Assembly: GCA_002104945.1 (NCBI GenBank)
Contig: MCFH01000003.1
Span: 1,116,001-1,180,000, forward strand
Origin: Piromyces finnis finn
Taxonomy: Eukaryota > Fungi > Neocallimastigomycota
DNA: 64,000 bases
Reading direction: 5' to 3'
Below the pieces are notes generated by a model. The model ran no database searches and had not been told where the DNA came from. It saw only the letters and a program-made list of their open reading frames with translations. Below are positions 39,402 through 53,330 of this stretch, in pieces. A program made the position numbers and the translations under genes. How positions within the stretch are numbered: position 1 is the first letter of the stretch; every line of letters begins with the position of its first letter.

Positions 39402-41701
39402 ATGGTAAAGATTTTTGAACCAGACTATAAGAGATTTAAAATTCCATATGAATATCTTACCTATAAAAATTGGAAAGATGACCCAAATTATTTATTCGAT
39501 GATAATGACGAACTTATATTAAAGGAAGCTGAAAAAGATTATATATTATGGAAAAATCATATTTATGGTAGGCATGTCATTTATTAAATGAAACTATATA
39601 TTTAATATTTATAATATATTTATAAAATAGGTATAAAATAGTTATAATATTAGTTTATTTGTTTGTTTGTTTAAAAAAAAGTATATACATATACATTTAA
39701 ATTATTAAAATAAAATTTATTTATTATTACTCTTTTTTTTTCAATTTTTTTTTTTTTTATATTTAATAAATACTTTAAAATATAATTATTAATTTGTACG
39801 TTATATAATATTGTATATCTATCTATCAAATATTAAATTCCAACAATAATAATAATAAATTAGAATTAGCTTTTCATAATATAGATAAATGGGATGCCAA
39901 CATGAAAATTATTCCATATCAACATTCAATATTTGAAAAAATCGGTTTAGATTTATGGGATAAAATTTTAAATAATTTATCCTACGAAAATATTAAATGT
40001 TTTAGCCTTACTAGTCGTTATGCTAATAGAATTGTTCATTCGTATGTAAAGGCAAAATATCAACGTATGGTTCATGCTGGTAAACCTATTATATTTTATA
40101 ATATTTCCAAAGCAAAAATTATAAAACCTTCTGATAGACTGGATTTAAACACCGTTAATACCTCTGAATTTGACATTCTTGAATTATTTCAATCTTGTCT
40201 TAACAACAACAGTATCTATTACATTGATTTATTTGAAAAATTTGGAAGTAAAAGAAATATAAATAATTCATTTTCCAATTTATTAATGAATACCTATAGA
40301 TTTAATGCCTCCCATGATGCTGAATATCTCTATCAATCAACTTATCCGGTATTTTATCATACTCATGTATTTCCTACGTTTTATAGTCGTATCATCGAAA
40401 GATCGGTAATGGAACTTTTGTCTTTTTACAAAAATGATACTAGTATTTATAATAATCTTTATTATATATTTGACTTATCGAGGGAGGATAAACCATTGGA
40501 AAATATTGAAATGAATTTAGATTCCCTTCATCACGTTTTAAATCTTGAAATAAAAAAAGAGGAAGAGAATGGTAGGATAGCATCCGAAAAAATATCCATG
40601 ACACTTCCTAATGCTCAAGATTATGTCATACCAAAAGTTTTTAGAACCTTTATTCATTTAATTCAAAATAGTTGTCCGTTTGTTAATGATGGCTTTGTTT
40701 TTCAAATGTTAATTCCATCCCAATTTTGTCCAACATCTGATGTATCGGTTCACGCGCTTCACGATGAAAAATTCTTTGAATTAATTATACAAGGTCATGT
40801 CGCCAAGGTAATTAATGAAATAAGAAAATCGTATGTTCAACCAACACATCCAATTTCACACATGGAAATAGACCATAACCCAAATAATAATAATGAAAAT
40901 ACTGAAAATAATACTGAAAATAATACTGAAAATGAAACTAATAATGAAAATAATGAAATTACTGGAAATAATAATGAAAATGAAACTAATGAAAGTAATA
41001 ATAAAGAATCGATAAAATGGCCATTAGACCTTTATTACATTGATTCCGAAGAAATACATGAAATCAAGTATAAAAAGGAAAGAATAAATTGGTTTGAATG
41101 GTTACCGTTTATTGGTATTCATGAACAAACTCAACGTGAACTTCAAAATTTCATTCATCATAATGAAAATCCGGAAGGAAATCCTAATCAAGATGAAGCT
41201 ATTCAAAATGAAAATGAAGCCTTAGGACAGCAATTAAATCTTAATATGAATGTAGCATTTAATCAAGCAGCTGTTAACGCTTTACGTGAAGATAATATGG
41301 ATAGAAATAGAAATTTGGAAAGAAATACAAGAAATTGTACTCTCTACATCAATATTAATTCAAAATCTAAATTTTTCGGTAGTCTTGGTCATCTTTATCA
41401 TGGACGTTTTGAATTGATTACAAATTCACTTTCAGAATTTGTAAAAGCTCGTGCTTTATGGAATTTCATGAGATGGTGTGGTGGTAAACATGAAATGTTA
41501 CGTAATTATTTATGGCCAATGTTGGCTGAAAAAGAAGGTTGTTTATACGGTTTTAGAAAAAGAGAAGTACTTAATGGAGCTTGTCGTGGTTCATTAGACG
41601 ATTTAGCCTTTAGTATCAATAATATAAGCTATACGAGTTTTATTGAATTTTACCGAATGTTATTTGAAATAAAATCTTTGGATTACGAAACATTAAATTA
41701 A
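39402..41701 (+). CDS. F-box-like protein with uncharacterised (possibly SUKH/SMI1-KNR4-like) C-terminal region; 2 exons
   Basis: Exon 39402-39567 joins exon 39885-41701 in frame (G|AT). The F-box-like segment is IFEKIGLDLWDKILNNLSYENIKCFSLTSRYAN. There is an internal Asn/Glu-rich repeat (NTENNTENNTENE). Confidence 0.7.
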
Positions 41702-42399
41702 AAGGAATAGAAATCCATTATAAATAGCTAATATATTCAAATTTATTCTCTTTTTTTTTACATAAAATTAAAAAAAAAAAAATCTTTACCATAAAAAAAA
41801 AAAAAGGATTTACATTTACTTTGAAATGAAATCAATAATTTTTATTTTATATTTATCTATATCCTATAAATATTACAAATAATAATATTAACTTTTTTTT
41901 TATTATTTAAATAATTTTGATCCATCGCTTTTTCTTTATTTATTAAACCATTATATTATATAAAAATAATGTTATATATATATATATTAATATTTGATAA
42001 CAATAATACTATCTTCAATTAAATATTAATAATAATAAATAATACGATCATACACTATCCTATTACTATCAATAAAAAATAAAAATTGTTTTTATTATCA
42101 ATTAAAAAAAATAATAATAATAATAAATAAATAAAATATAAAAAAAAATTATTTACATTGAAATAATATTAAAAACTTTTTTTTTTTTATTTTTATTTTT
42201 TAGTTGGATGATTTCTGTTTTTTTAAATGATTTAAACAGGTTGGGTTTAAAGTAATAATAGAATAGTATATCCTATAGTATGTTTTTTAAAAAGTTTATA
42301 AATTTATATTAAGCTTTATTATTTATTTTTTTATATTATTTGATATTTCGCTTTTAAACTATATATATAAAATTGATTTATATTTTATACCATAATGAC

Positions 42400-42432
<33 letters not shown>

Positions 42433-42607
42433 TAATTATTTATTATTTATTTATTTTCGATAAGATTAAAAATTAAAAAGAGTTTAAATTTTGTAGGATT
42501 ACATTTTATAAAGTATTAGATATATATATATATTTTTAGATTACTTTTAATTTTAATTTTTTTTTTTTAATGTCAAAAAAAAAAAAAAAAAAAAAAAAGA
42601 GGTTTCA

Positions 42608-45276
42608 TCATATATAGATAGAAACAAAGTCATTTGTTTTATTGCTTTGGATACCATATTTAGAACCGTAAACTTTTATTGGTATTTTACAATCAAAGGT
42701 TTCGACATTTGAATTGGTAATACCGGTAGAATGAATAAAATTATTATTTTTGGAATCAATATTCATAATTTTTTCATTAGAACTGGTAATGAATTCAAAA
42801 CGTAAGAACCATTTTAAATTTACTATTTTATGAATAATATTTAAAATATATATAAATAAAAAGGAGAGGGGGATTAAATATTTTAGTATTAATGATGATG
42901 AATAATTATTCTAATTTTATAAATATAAAATAAATCTTGCTGTTAAATTAAATCTTATAAAAAGAGGACTATCTTTTCTACAGCAGATAATTTTTTAAAT
43001 AGTTTATAGTATGTATAATTATTTAAAATAAAAAAAAAAAAAAAAAAAAAAATTTTTTTTTTTTCCTTCTCTGGCTTACCTGCATTAATATTAAATTCTG
43101 GTGTAGCAAAAAGCGGTATGGGTAATTCAACAAATATTTTTGAATTATTTAAACAGAAATCTTGTTGATGAGCAATAACTTTTTTGGTGACACGACCACC
43201 TTTTCCTTTAGAACGTAACGCGTAGGGGTATTCAATTTGTTCATCGGTTTCTAAATACGTGGTCACTTGATAACATCTAAGAGCATTGGTTTTAAATTTT
43301 ATTATACCAATGATAGATTCACCTAAACGATAGACACTACGAGTAAAGAGTAATTGTGCTACATTTTCATTATCTTTACAAATTTCATAGGATACTTTAG
43401 ATGCTTGTTGACATAATTGACATACATTTCTAAAGGAAGAACCTTCATCTATTTTTATAGCATGATTTGTTTCTATGGGTGTATAGGGTAATGGGCTATG
43501 AATTAAATCTAATGATTCCGTACTACGTTGACTTATGGTGGAAAGATCCTTATTAATGATGACAGGATTTAAAATATCATAGGCAGGTTTAGAGCCATCA
43601 TCATCTGCATAGGAAAATACTTTGAAAGGTAGTGTAATGGAATAAGGAGTGGTATTCAACGGAGTTTTCTGAATACCGATATGAACACTATAATTGATTT
43701 TTATGGATCTACCATAATAGGTGGGTGGAAGGGAGGTGGGTAACACGATAGAATAGTCAAATATTTTTGTTTCTCCGGGTTCTAAACTTAAATTACAAAA
43801 CAAAATCCCTGGAGCAGTGGAATATATTGGTATATCTACTCGATTGTATCTTGGATCGTTAGTTCTATCAATATCATATCCGATGGAACCTCCTCCACCT
43901 ACCTTACTACCATACCGTATCTTGGATTTCAAGGATTCAAAAAGATTTAAATTAATATGATTACCATCCAAGGTACATTTACCCATGACTTGAATATAAC
44001 CAATGGAAATGGTTTCGCGTATTGATTTTGCGGTAGGGGTTGAGGATGATTTATTTGATGATGATGATGATGATAATGTACCATTACTACTATTATTGGA
44101 ATTATTAGCAAGAGAATTATTAATGCTATTTTCTAGGAGATTTGAACTGGAATTGTTGTAGTAACTTTTAATTTCGAAATCACTATTTAAACTTGTACTA
44201 GACATGGAATGTTGTTGAACCTTTTCACCACTTTTTTTATCTAATGAATATAAAATGGTGTTTGGTGTGTTATTAAGACGTTTAAAAGATCCAGTATTTG
44301 TAGAATCCGTGATATGGGAATCTTGTGAGGAAGCATCATCATTATTTTTAAGGCTTTCAGAACTTAGTTCAATTTTTTTAATTTCAATATCATTGGCATT
44401 TTGATTTGGTTCATTAGATTTGACGGATAATGCGGGATTTTGGGAGTGAGAGATAGCCTTTGCTTTAGTATTAATATTAATTTGAGTACTTTTATCATTT
44501 AATTCTTTAATTTGATAAATTTGAGACATGGCATCAACACTTGCACTTAGAGGACCTGCACTCATTAAATTACTTTCATCATAATCAAAATTTGTAATTG
44601 TTGTATTTGGACTCGATATATCACTAATAAAATTAGTTTGTGTGGTACTTATTTGAGATAAATGACTATGACTATTATCCCCTACATTTCTCTGAACAAA
44701 AGTCGAACTGGTATCTTCAAGGGTGGAGGAGTCATTCCCTTCTAATTTTCCTTTATCATCACCATTTTTATTTGGTGTAGGATTTGTGGAGGAGGTGGTG
44801 GTGGTGATGGTAGATGATTCATTTTTATTATTATCTAATTCTTGTTGGACGGTTTCTTCGTTTAACAAGAATGACATGGAACGTCTAAAAAGTTTCTTTA
44901 AACTAAAACTTTCATCATTAGTATTTGTTCTTCTCTGATTGTTATTATTATTGATAGGATCTGATGAGTTATTACCAGCGGTTAGATTGGTATTTATACT
45001 AGTGAGTTCAGGTTTTTCATTTTTATTTTTATTGGTTTCCATAGCTAATTTTTTAACGGTATCAATGGATTTACGACGCCTTATCACCGATTTACTTTTT
45101 ACAAATACATCATTTGAGGGGGGTACAACAACATTTTTTATTTTTTTATCTTGTAAATTTTTAGAGGTATCAAAAGTTGAATTGGTAATTTTAATGGTAC
45201 AAGTGACTTGTTCCCCGCCCCAAAAAAGGGCATCTTTATTTTTTTTTGGAAATGAAGCTTTAACAATAACTGGCAT
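42608..45276 (-). CDS. RGP1: RGP1, subunit of the Ric1-Rgp1 Ypt6/Rab6 GEF; 2 exons
   Basis: Exons 45276-43080 and 42822-42608. Rgp1 motifs are GYIQVMGKCTLDG, PIYSTAPGILFCNLSLEPGETKIFDYSIVLPTSLPPTYYGRSIKINYSVHIG and VNLKWFLRFEFIT...ETFDCKIPIKVY. Confidence 0.88.
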
Positions 45277-47119
45277 TGTATTAATTTTAATATTATTGTA
45301 GTAGTAGATAGGTATAAATATTATATTACTTTGATTATATATTTATTATATATTTCTCGTGAATTTTTAATTTTAATAATTTTATATCAATGATTTACTA
45401 TAAATATTTATATATATATAAATAAATAAATAAAAAAAAGTTTCATTTAGTATTTTAAAAATTAAAAAAATAAAGAAATTCAATTTAAAAAATAAAAAGA
45501 GCTGTAATAATAATACTGATAATTTTAATAATGTCTTTTAATACGGGTGCAATTTTAATTTTATAACATTTCCTGAAATTTATTTTTATCATTTTGGTTT
45601 ATTGGCTTGCCTAAAAAAAAAAAAAAAAAAAAATGTATTGTTGTTGGAATTGTTCATTTTCTTAAAATATTTTTGGTATTGTTAAATTGACCAATAGTAA
45701 CATGGACTATTTAAAAAAATTATTTAGATTCTCTAATAAATTTATTTACTTATTTTTCTTTATCAACTGTGAATTTAATAATAACAACCATAATAATATT
45801 ATTAATAAATTTATTTGCCTTTCACTTTTTTATTTTTTATATTATTAATAAATTGTTTAATAGTTTTAACTTTTTTTTTTTTTTTTTCTACATTGTTGTT
45901 GTTAACTTGACTTTGTTGATTTATGTTATCTTCACCTTTTTTTTTAAGAGATTTCTACGTTTTAATATTTGCAATTTTTATTTAATTCCATCATTTATAG
46001 TTGGTTTTTTTTTTTTTTTTTCTAATTAATAATAATGGTGGTGATGGTAAAACTCCTTTATTTTTTCTTTCTATCCTACAAGTTCTAGGTTCTACGTTTT
46101 AAATATACCTTTTTTTTTTTTTTTTTTGAATATACTCACTTTTTTTCATTTCTAAAAAATGGTTCTTTTTTTTTTTTTTAAGTCAAGTTTCATGGATTAT
46201 TTAACGTAAAATGGTAATGAAATTGGTGGTTAGAATAATAAAAAAAAAAGTTTCTTTTCTTGTTTTCTTTCTAAAATCTAATCAATAGATTGGAAAAAAA
46301 AAAAAAAAAAGTTTTTTTTTTCTTCTTTGAAACAAAGTTTTTGGTTTGTGTTGCTGTCACTGTTGCTGTTGTTGTTGTTGTTGTTGCTGTTATTCAACTA
46401 CCAAAATTCTAAATAATAATAATTATAATTATTATTTGGAAATTTTCTGTAATTAATAATAAACAAAATTTTTTTTTTTATTTTGTTTTTGTTTTATATT
46501 TTATAATTCTATTTATTAATATAAATTAGTTAATGAATATATTATTAATGTTTTAAATAAATCTTATAAATTATATAAATGAATTACTAAATAAATAGTT
46601 TGAATTACCTTTTTTAATTAATCATCAAGTAATGACTTCCATACCTCATGAAACCTATTATTGTATATATTAATAATATATATAAATATAATTGATATTA
46701 ATTATTTTATATATTGTAAAGTATATTTATAATATATAATAGAATCAATTTGAATTTTTTGATTTAATTTTCATTAATACTAATTGAATTCTTAATACAT
46801 TTAATTACCATATAATAGAATATAATTAACATATATTAATATATATTATTAATATATATTAATATTCATTTTAATTTAATTATTTGATCTTGTAATTCAT
46901 TAAATTTAAAAAGTTAAAAAAATAAATGAATATTTAAATATAAAAGTAAATAAATATATAAATGAATAAATATATAATATTCAAATAAACTTATTAAATA
47001 ATATAAATAAATATTCAAATAATTATTTTTACAAAATAAATGAATGATTATAGTTGGCTTGGATAAATCAGGTATGAAAAGGTAGAAATAGGCAATATTG
47101 TTTTGCTTGGATTTCACAA

Positions 47120-47217
47120 TATTGGTTATAGGATGATAATAGCTACTTCAAAATAAAACAAGACATTGGTTATAGAGTGATATATAATTCACAGCTACTT
47201 CAAAATAAAACAAGACA
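47120..47217. repeat. Local imperfect tandem duplication containing an exact 25-bp direct repeat
   Basis: agctacttcaaaataaaacaagaca occurs at 47141 and 47193, each preceded upstream by attggttatag (47120, 47165). Confidence 0.85.
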
Positions 47218-48521
47218 CTGAATAATTGTATAATAAAAAATTTATTACTATAAATATTTATATAATTATTTTTTTATTCGCACCTTTAATAAAAACATAA
47301 ATACATCGATAATCCATGGAGGGATAATCAAAAGATTCAGTAAATGGTATTTATGATTGTAATTGTAGTATAAAATAAAATAAAAATGATAAAAACATTG
47401 TTTTACCAGGTATCAAAAGAAGAATTTAGAAACCATGATTAAAATGGATCAATTTCAATACTAGAATACATAAATAGATAAAGTTTCAAATGAAACGATA
47501 TACTCATACTCTTCAAATATATATAAATAAATAATAAAAAAAGATTTATAAATTTGGAATTATAAAAGAATTATATATAAAAAAAAGGATAACACAGTTA
47601 TTAAATTTAAAATTCATTATAAATATTGTATATCTATTTTAAAGTATTAGTTAATATTACTTTTTTTTATTATTATTATTGTTATTATAAAAAAGCTTAT
47701 ATATTACGGGAAAAAAAAAAAAGACATAATACTTGAAACAATTAGAATTAAACAATTATTATCATTATTATTATTAAATAAAAAATAAACAATTATTATC
47801 ATTATAATTATTATTATTAAATAAAAAATAAAGTGTTGATGATTTATTATTATTATTGTTATAATTAATGCTATACGTTATATAATTAATATTGTTGATT
47901 TGTTTTTTGTTTGTTCTTTTTTTTTTTTTTTTTTATAAAAAAAATATTAATATATATATTTAAAAAATAAAAATGGTAATACTTCAAATTAAAAAGTGTT
48001 TTAAGTTCTTTAATTGAAATATGTATTGATGATAAACTAAAATGATATTATTTTACATAATTTATTATACATTTTTTATTATTAAAATTAATGTTAATAA
48101 TATTAATAATATTACTATTATATTATTGCTTTTATTGCCAATGTTGTTGTTGTTGTTGTTGTTTTGTTATACTTTTAAATATATATTAATAGTTTTTTTT
48201 TATTTGTTTGTTTGTTTTGTTTTGTTTTGTTTTTTTTTTTTTTTAATTATTATTACGATTAAATTTTGATAAATATTATTTATTTATAGATTTTGTTTGT
48301 TTGTTTGTTTGTTTATTTGCATATTTATTTGTATATTTATATATAAGCATATAAATTAGGTTAAAAGAATTCCATTTTAATTTATAGTTTTATATATATT
48401 ATATTGGTATATAGATTTGTTTGTATATGAATGTAATTTTTTTTTTACTTTTATTTTATATAAAACAATTTGAATGAAAAAAAAATATTATAAAGTATTG
48501 TTTTTAGAATAGAATGATGAA

Positions 48522-51500
48522 TTAATTTAATTTACGACGACTAAAATCAACCCATTGGTAACTATTCGCAATCCATATTAATTTAGGAAGAAGGGTTTGA
48601 TGAATTCTACTCATTATATAGACGCCAATATCGGTTAATCCAAAAATATTATTTAAAAATCGAATAAAGACAATAAAAAGTGTAGCCATACCACTAGAAA
48701 GATATGATTTTTTTCCATGGATAACCTCCATATTACGTTCAACCTTTTTCTTGTATTTATTATAGGTTTGAGAAGAAGATGCCGTGGAAGTGGTTGATTC
48801 TTCTCTAAATCTAGATTTTCCTTTAGAGGGAAGACCGTCAAAATCTCTATAATATTTCTTTTTTATAGTGTCAAAGGAACGGTCATACTCGGAAGTATCT
48901 TCTAATCTTTTTATTGGATGGAATAACCATTGCATAATGTAGGAAATGTATGGGAAAGTGAATACTTTAACTTTATGATTTGGAAGGGAAATATTAATGG
49001 AATATGACATTTCTTTTGGAATGGGCATAGAAGTAAAATAGGTGAATTTTCGTGATATTTCATTTACAATGGATTTCATTAAAGCTGTCGTACCCAAAAT
49101 AGGTAGGGTTAAAGCCAATGATTTAATTACTGATTGAGCATGACATACTAATTCATTATCCCAACTAACCAACGGATCCTTTTCCAAGAAATAATTAATT
49201 GCAATTTCTGCGTATTTAGGAGTAATTATTTTATTACCATAATTTTTACCACGTTTATCTTCTAACCCACAAATCCATGAAATATACCGCCAAACTAAAA
49301 GATAATCCTCTTGTTCTTCCTTACTCATTGAAATTCCAAAGGTCCGTTCCATGGCTTTAATACTACCTATAGAAAGGTAAAGAATAGTTTTTGCTAAAGA
49401 TACTTGATTTATAGGGAAAATGGAATCTAATAATTCGGTGGGTAAGGCAATGACTTCCTTTTGAATTGGAGGTAATTCTTCTTCAATAGTAGGCTTTGCC
49501 GCCCCCTTTGAATTCTTCTTCGTCTTACGTTGATTGGGGATGGGTGAACTGGAAGGTGTTGGGTAATAATTTGAGACTTTGTTTTGAATCGTCTTGGACT
49601 TTTTTTTCTTCATGGTATTGGTATTGCTTTTCAAAAATTCAATTTCCAATTCATCTTCATTCATCATCGACGCCTTTTTATTCCTACTCTTTTTGTTATG
49701 GGCGGAATCGGTAAGTAAAAGTCGATCTTCAAATTGATTATTCGTTGTATTAGGATAGGCAAATTCAATGATTTTAACATCACTTTTAACCTCTGGTTTT
49801 GACTTTGGAATATATTGAAGATTTCCATCAGGGTCTAATTGATAACTTTCTTTTGGTTTATTCTTCTTTTTATTTTTTTTCTCATAGTATTTAACGCCAT
49901 CCCTAAGGTAGTCATGAAGTTCTTTAAGGTTAAACGAATGATCAACATATTCTACTCTAAATTGAGCATGACGACAACGAATTTGAATTAAGGATTTCCA
50001 GGCCATCCCTCCTGGTCTTAACGAATTTTCCATCATACTTTCAATAATAATTTGACTGGTCTCAAGATAGGCTGGTAAAAGGTCAACTCCTTCCTTTTTT
50101 TTTGGTGGTTTTGATTCTTTTTCATTCGTGGGATGACTGGATGAATTTAAAGGATCGGGTAATGGTAGGATAGCACCTTTTGTCATAGCATATAATGTAA
50201 TAGAAATCCAAAGAGGTAATCCATACTTCCAAAAGACCTCTTGACCTCTACTTATTTTATTCCAATCTACCCAATAAGGAACTTGACTAACCAAATCCAT
50301 AAAATCTGTGGAAGCCCGACGTTTTTGCTTTTGATATTGTTGAAGACGTTCCCGATCCTCCTTTGTACGACATTGAGAGAAATATGGGCTACTAGCATTA
50401 GCTTCATGATCATTTCCAAAACGATAGTTTTGAAAAGAATTATTTTCAATTGAATTTGCATCATCATTGGATGGATAATGATTTTGAATTATAACTTTGT
50501 TTGAATTTTGGCTTGAAAGAACGCCTCGAGTTGCAGTAGGTGTTGAAGGTGCTGTAGAATTAGAACTTGCTGTACCAATAATACATTGGTTTTCATTGAG
50601 CCTACGTTGAAGATGATTATATACGGTAGGTGGAAAATTTGTAGTGTAACCGTTATTTTCCAAGGTAAGAAAAACTTTTTGAGATACAGGTAAATCATTG
50701 CCCATAGCATTTTGAACAATGAGTTGAAAAGCATCTTGAGTGGGTGGTACTTTTAACATTAATAGTAAAGATTCCAAGGAACAATCATTTTCTGGGAAAA
50801 GTACTTGAGATGGTTTATCCGGACATTTTGGAGTAATTTCTTTTTCTAAAGTATTGGTGTTAAGGGAATTGGATTCCTCACTATAAACAAAGGCATCAAT
50901 TTCGTCTTGTAGTGTTTGAACATCCCTATATTATTTATGTAAATATATATAATATTAATTATAATTCATATTAAAAATAGCAATTTAAAATAAAAAATAA
51001 GAATACTATATATAAAATAAAAAATATTCATATTCCTATTCATATTAATAAAAAATGAAAATATTGATTATCATTAAAAATTGGTTTTTTTTTTTTAATA
51101 AAAAAAAAAAATTATGAATAATTTTAATATTGAAATGACTTTTTTTTTTTTTTTTTTGTTTTTCTTATTCTAATTAACAATTCATTGTACTCTATAAAAT
51201 ATTCTATATTATAATCAATATCAGTATTAATATCAACACTAATATTAATATCAACATCATCAATATCAATAATATCAATATTATCAATATCAACATCGTC
51301 AGTATCAACATTATAAAATATCAGCATTAATATCATATTTATTATATAAAAAAAGATATGACATAAATTTTATAGTTACTTATTGCTATAATCCAATAAA
51401 TTGTAATCAGGATCTAAGGAAAGTTTATTTTCATTCATGATATCAGATACAGAAGAAGAACAAGAAAGATCATTTAATCTTTTCTCTATATCTTCATTGT

Positions 51501-51735
51501 ATGGTATTAAATTTCCAGGACTAACCTCTGAAATAAAATTAAAACTATTATTTTCATTAACAGGTTCTACATTCGTAACATTATCTATTATTTTTTCTTT
51601 TGTTTTCGTGTTTGTTTTTTTAGGTTTAGCTTCAGGATATAAAGGTGAACTTTTTAGTTCATTACGCATTTGTAGAATAGAATCACTAAAAAATTCTGGA
51701 GTTTCCTCACACGTATTACAATCTTCTATTATCAT
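48522..51735 (-). CDS. DUF2236 / MpaB' / Lcp (rubber oxygenase)-like domain protein, about 919 aa, 2 exons
   Basis: Exons 51735-51380 and 50925-48522 join in frame. Family-like blocks are VPYWVDWNKISRGQEVF, YLETSQ, LRPGGMAWKSLIQIRCRHAQFR, PINQVSLAKT and SKEEQEDYLLVWRYISWICGL. A Lys/Ser/Pro-rich insertion splits the domain. Confidence 0.75.
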
Positions 51736-53236
51736 TCTTATAACTTAAAATAGGATAATGATTAATGGGTAAGTATGGGTTGGTGAGTTTTTTTTTTTTT
51801 TCTTTTTTTTTATAAAAAAAAAAAAAGAAATGATTTAAAAAATTATTATTTTGTTATCTCTTTTAATATAAATAAATATTATATCTTTTATATATATATA
51901 TATTGTTTTTATTATTATTGTTATTTTTGTTGAAATTTCCTTTTTTTTTTTTTTTTCCTTTTCTTATTTTAATAATTAAGCATAATAATTATTAAAAAGA
52001 AAATTGTTTTTTTTTTATTTTTTTTTTCTGTTTTGTTTTTCTTTTATAAAAAAAAGTTATTTTTTTAATTTTAATTAGTAATAATATGTTTTTTTTTTGT
52101 GTGTTTTTTTTTCTTTTTTTTTAAAAAGGAAGGTAAATGTATATTTTTAAAAAAAAAAGAACAAGTATTACATAATATATAAAATATACTAAAATAAAAA
52201 GTGATTTTCACAAAATAGCTTCTTTCTTTTTCTTTTCTTTTATTATTACAAAGTATATTTAATTTATATATTTAATACTATTTGGAATGGGTACGATTTA
52301 TCTATCTTACAAAAGATATTTTTAAAATTAAAAAATATAATTTTAAAAAAAATGACAAATGTGTAATTTCAATTCTTTTTTTTTTATATATATATAATAT
52401 ATATATATATAAAGTTGATATTATTTTTATTTTATCATAATTATTTGAAATTATAAATGCTTTTCTTTTCTTTTTTTTTTTTCTTAACTCATTTTATAAT
52501 ATTTTATAATAACTTTTTTATTATAAAAAAATAAAGTATGAATGAGAAATAAAAAGAAGCCTTTTAAAATTTTAATTTAAAAAAAGAAAATTATTAAAGT
52601 TTTGTTAATAAATATAAAAAAATGGATACAAAAAAAAAAAAACTTTAGAAATTGTGTAACTCTTTAGATTTTTACTTTACTAAAAAAAAAAAAAAAAAAA
52701 AACAGCAACGAGAGTAATATGAACTATAGAATCTTTTTGTATTATTCCTCTTTTTTTTCTATTATATAGATTAATAAGGTATTATAAAACATAAAGTTTT
52801 TATCTTTATGCATATTATTTATGAATTTAAATTTATTTTTTTTAAAAAAAAATTTTATGTATCATTTTATCATTTCATTTTTACTTTTCTTTTTTTTTTT
52901 TTTTTTAAAAAAAACTATTATTATTATTAATGAAAATGAAATAATGCTACTACTAATTATTATTATATACAATATTTTTATTACTGATTAATAATCAATA
53001 ATCTATTCTGATAATCATTATAATATCGAGAACTCCAACTTTATTTGAGAGAATCATGATTTTGATTTAATTGTATCATATTTAAACTCCGAAAATATTA
53101 TTCATCAGATTTTTTTTTTTTTTTTGGTTAAATGTACAGTTAATAATACTTTATAAGGTATAAAATATTATTATCATATTATTATATTATTTCAAAAAAA
53201 AAAAAAAAAAAAAAAAAAAAACATTTTGTAAATTAA

Positions 53237-53330
53237 ATTATTAATAGCTTTACTTAGTATTTATTATTTTAGGAGAGAATAATATTATTAATAGCTTTAC
53301 TTAGTATTTATTATTTTAGGAGAGAATAAT
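53237..53330. repeat. Perfect 47-bp tandem duplication
   Basis: attattaatagctttacttagtatttattattttaggagagaataat occurs at 53237 and 53284. Confidence 0.9.

Noticed and set aside
47040-47480. Slightly GC-richer patch with a 25-bp direct repeat, considered as a CRISPR-like array or a gene fragment
   Set aside because: There are only two repeat copies in a eukaryotic context with no cas genes. Translations are broken by stops and show no recognisable family.
51124-51336. Asp/Ile-rich 70-aa ORF
   Set aside because: It lies in the intron of the DUF2236 gene and derives from degenerate atatca repeats. I found no frame-consistent splice sites.
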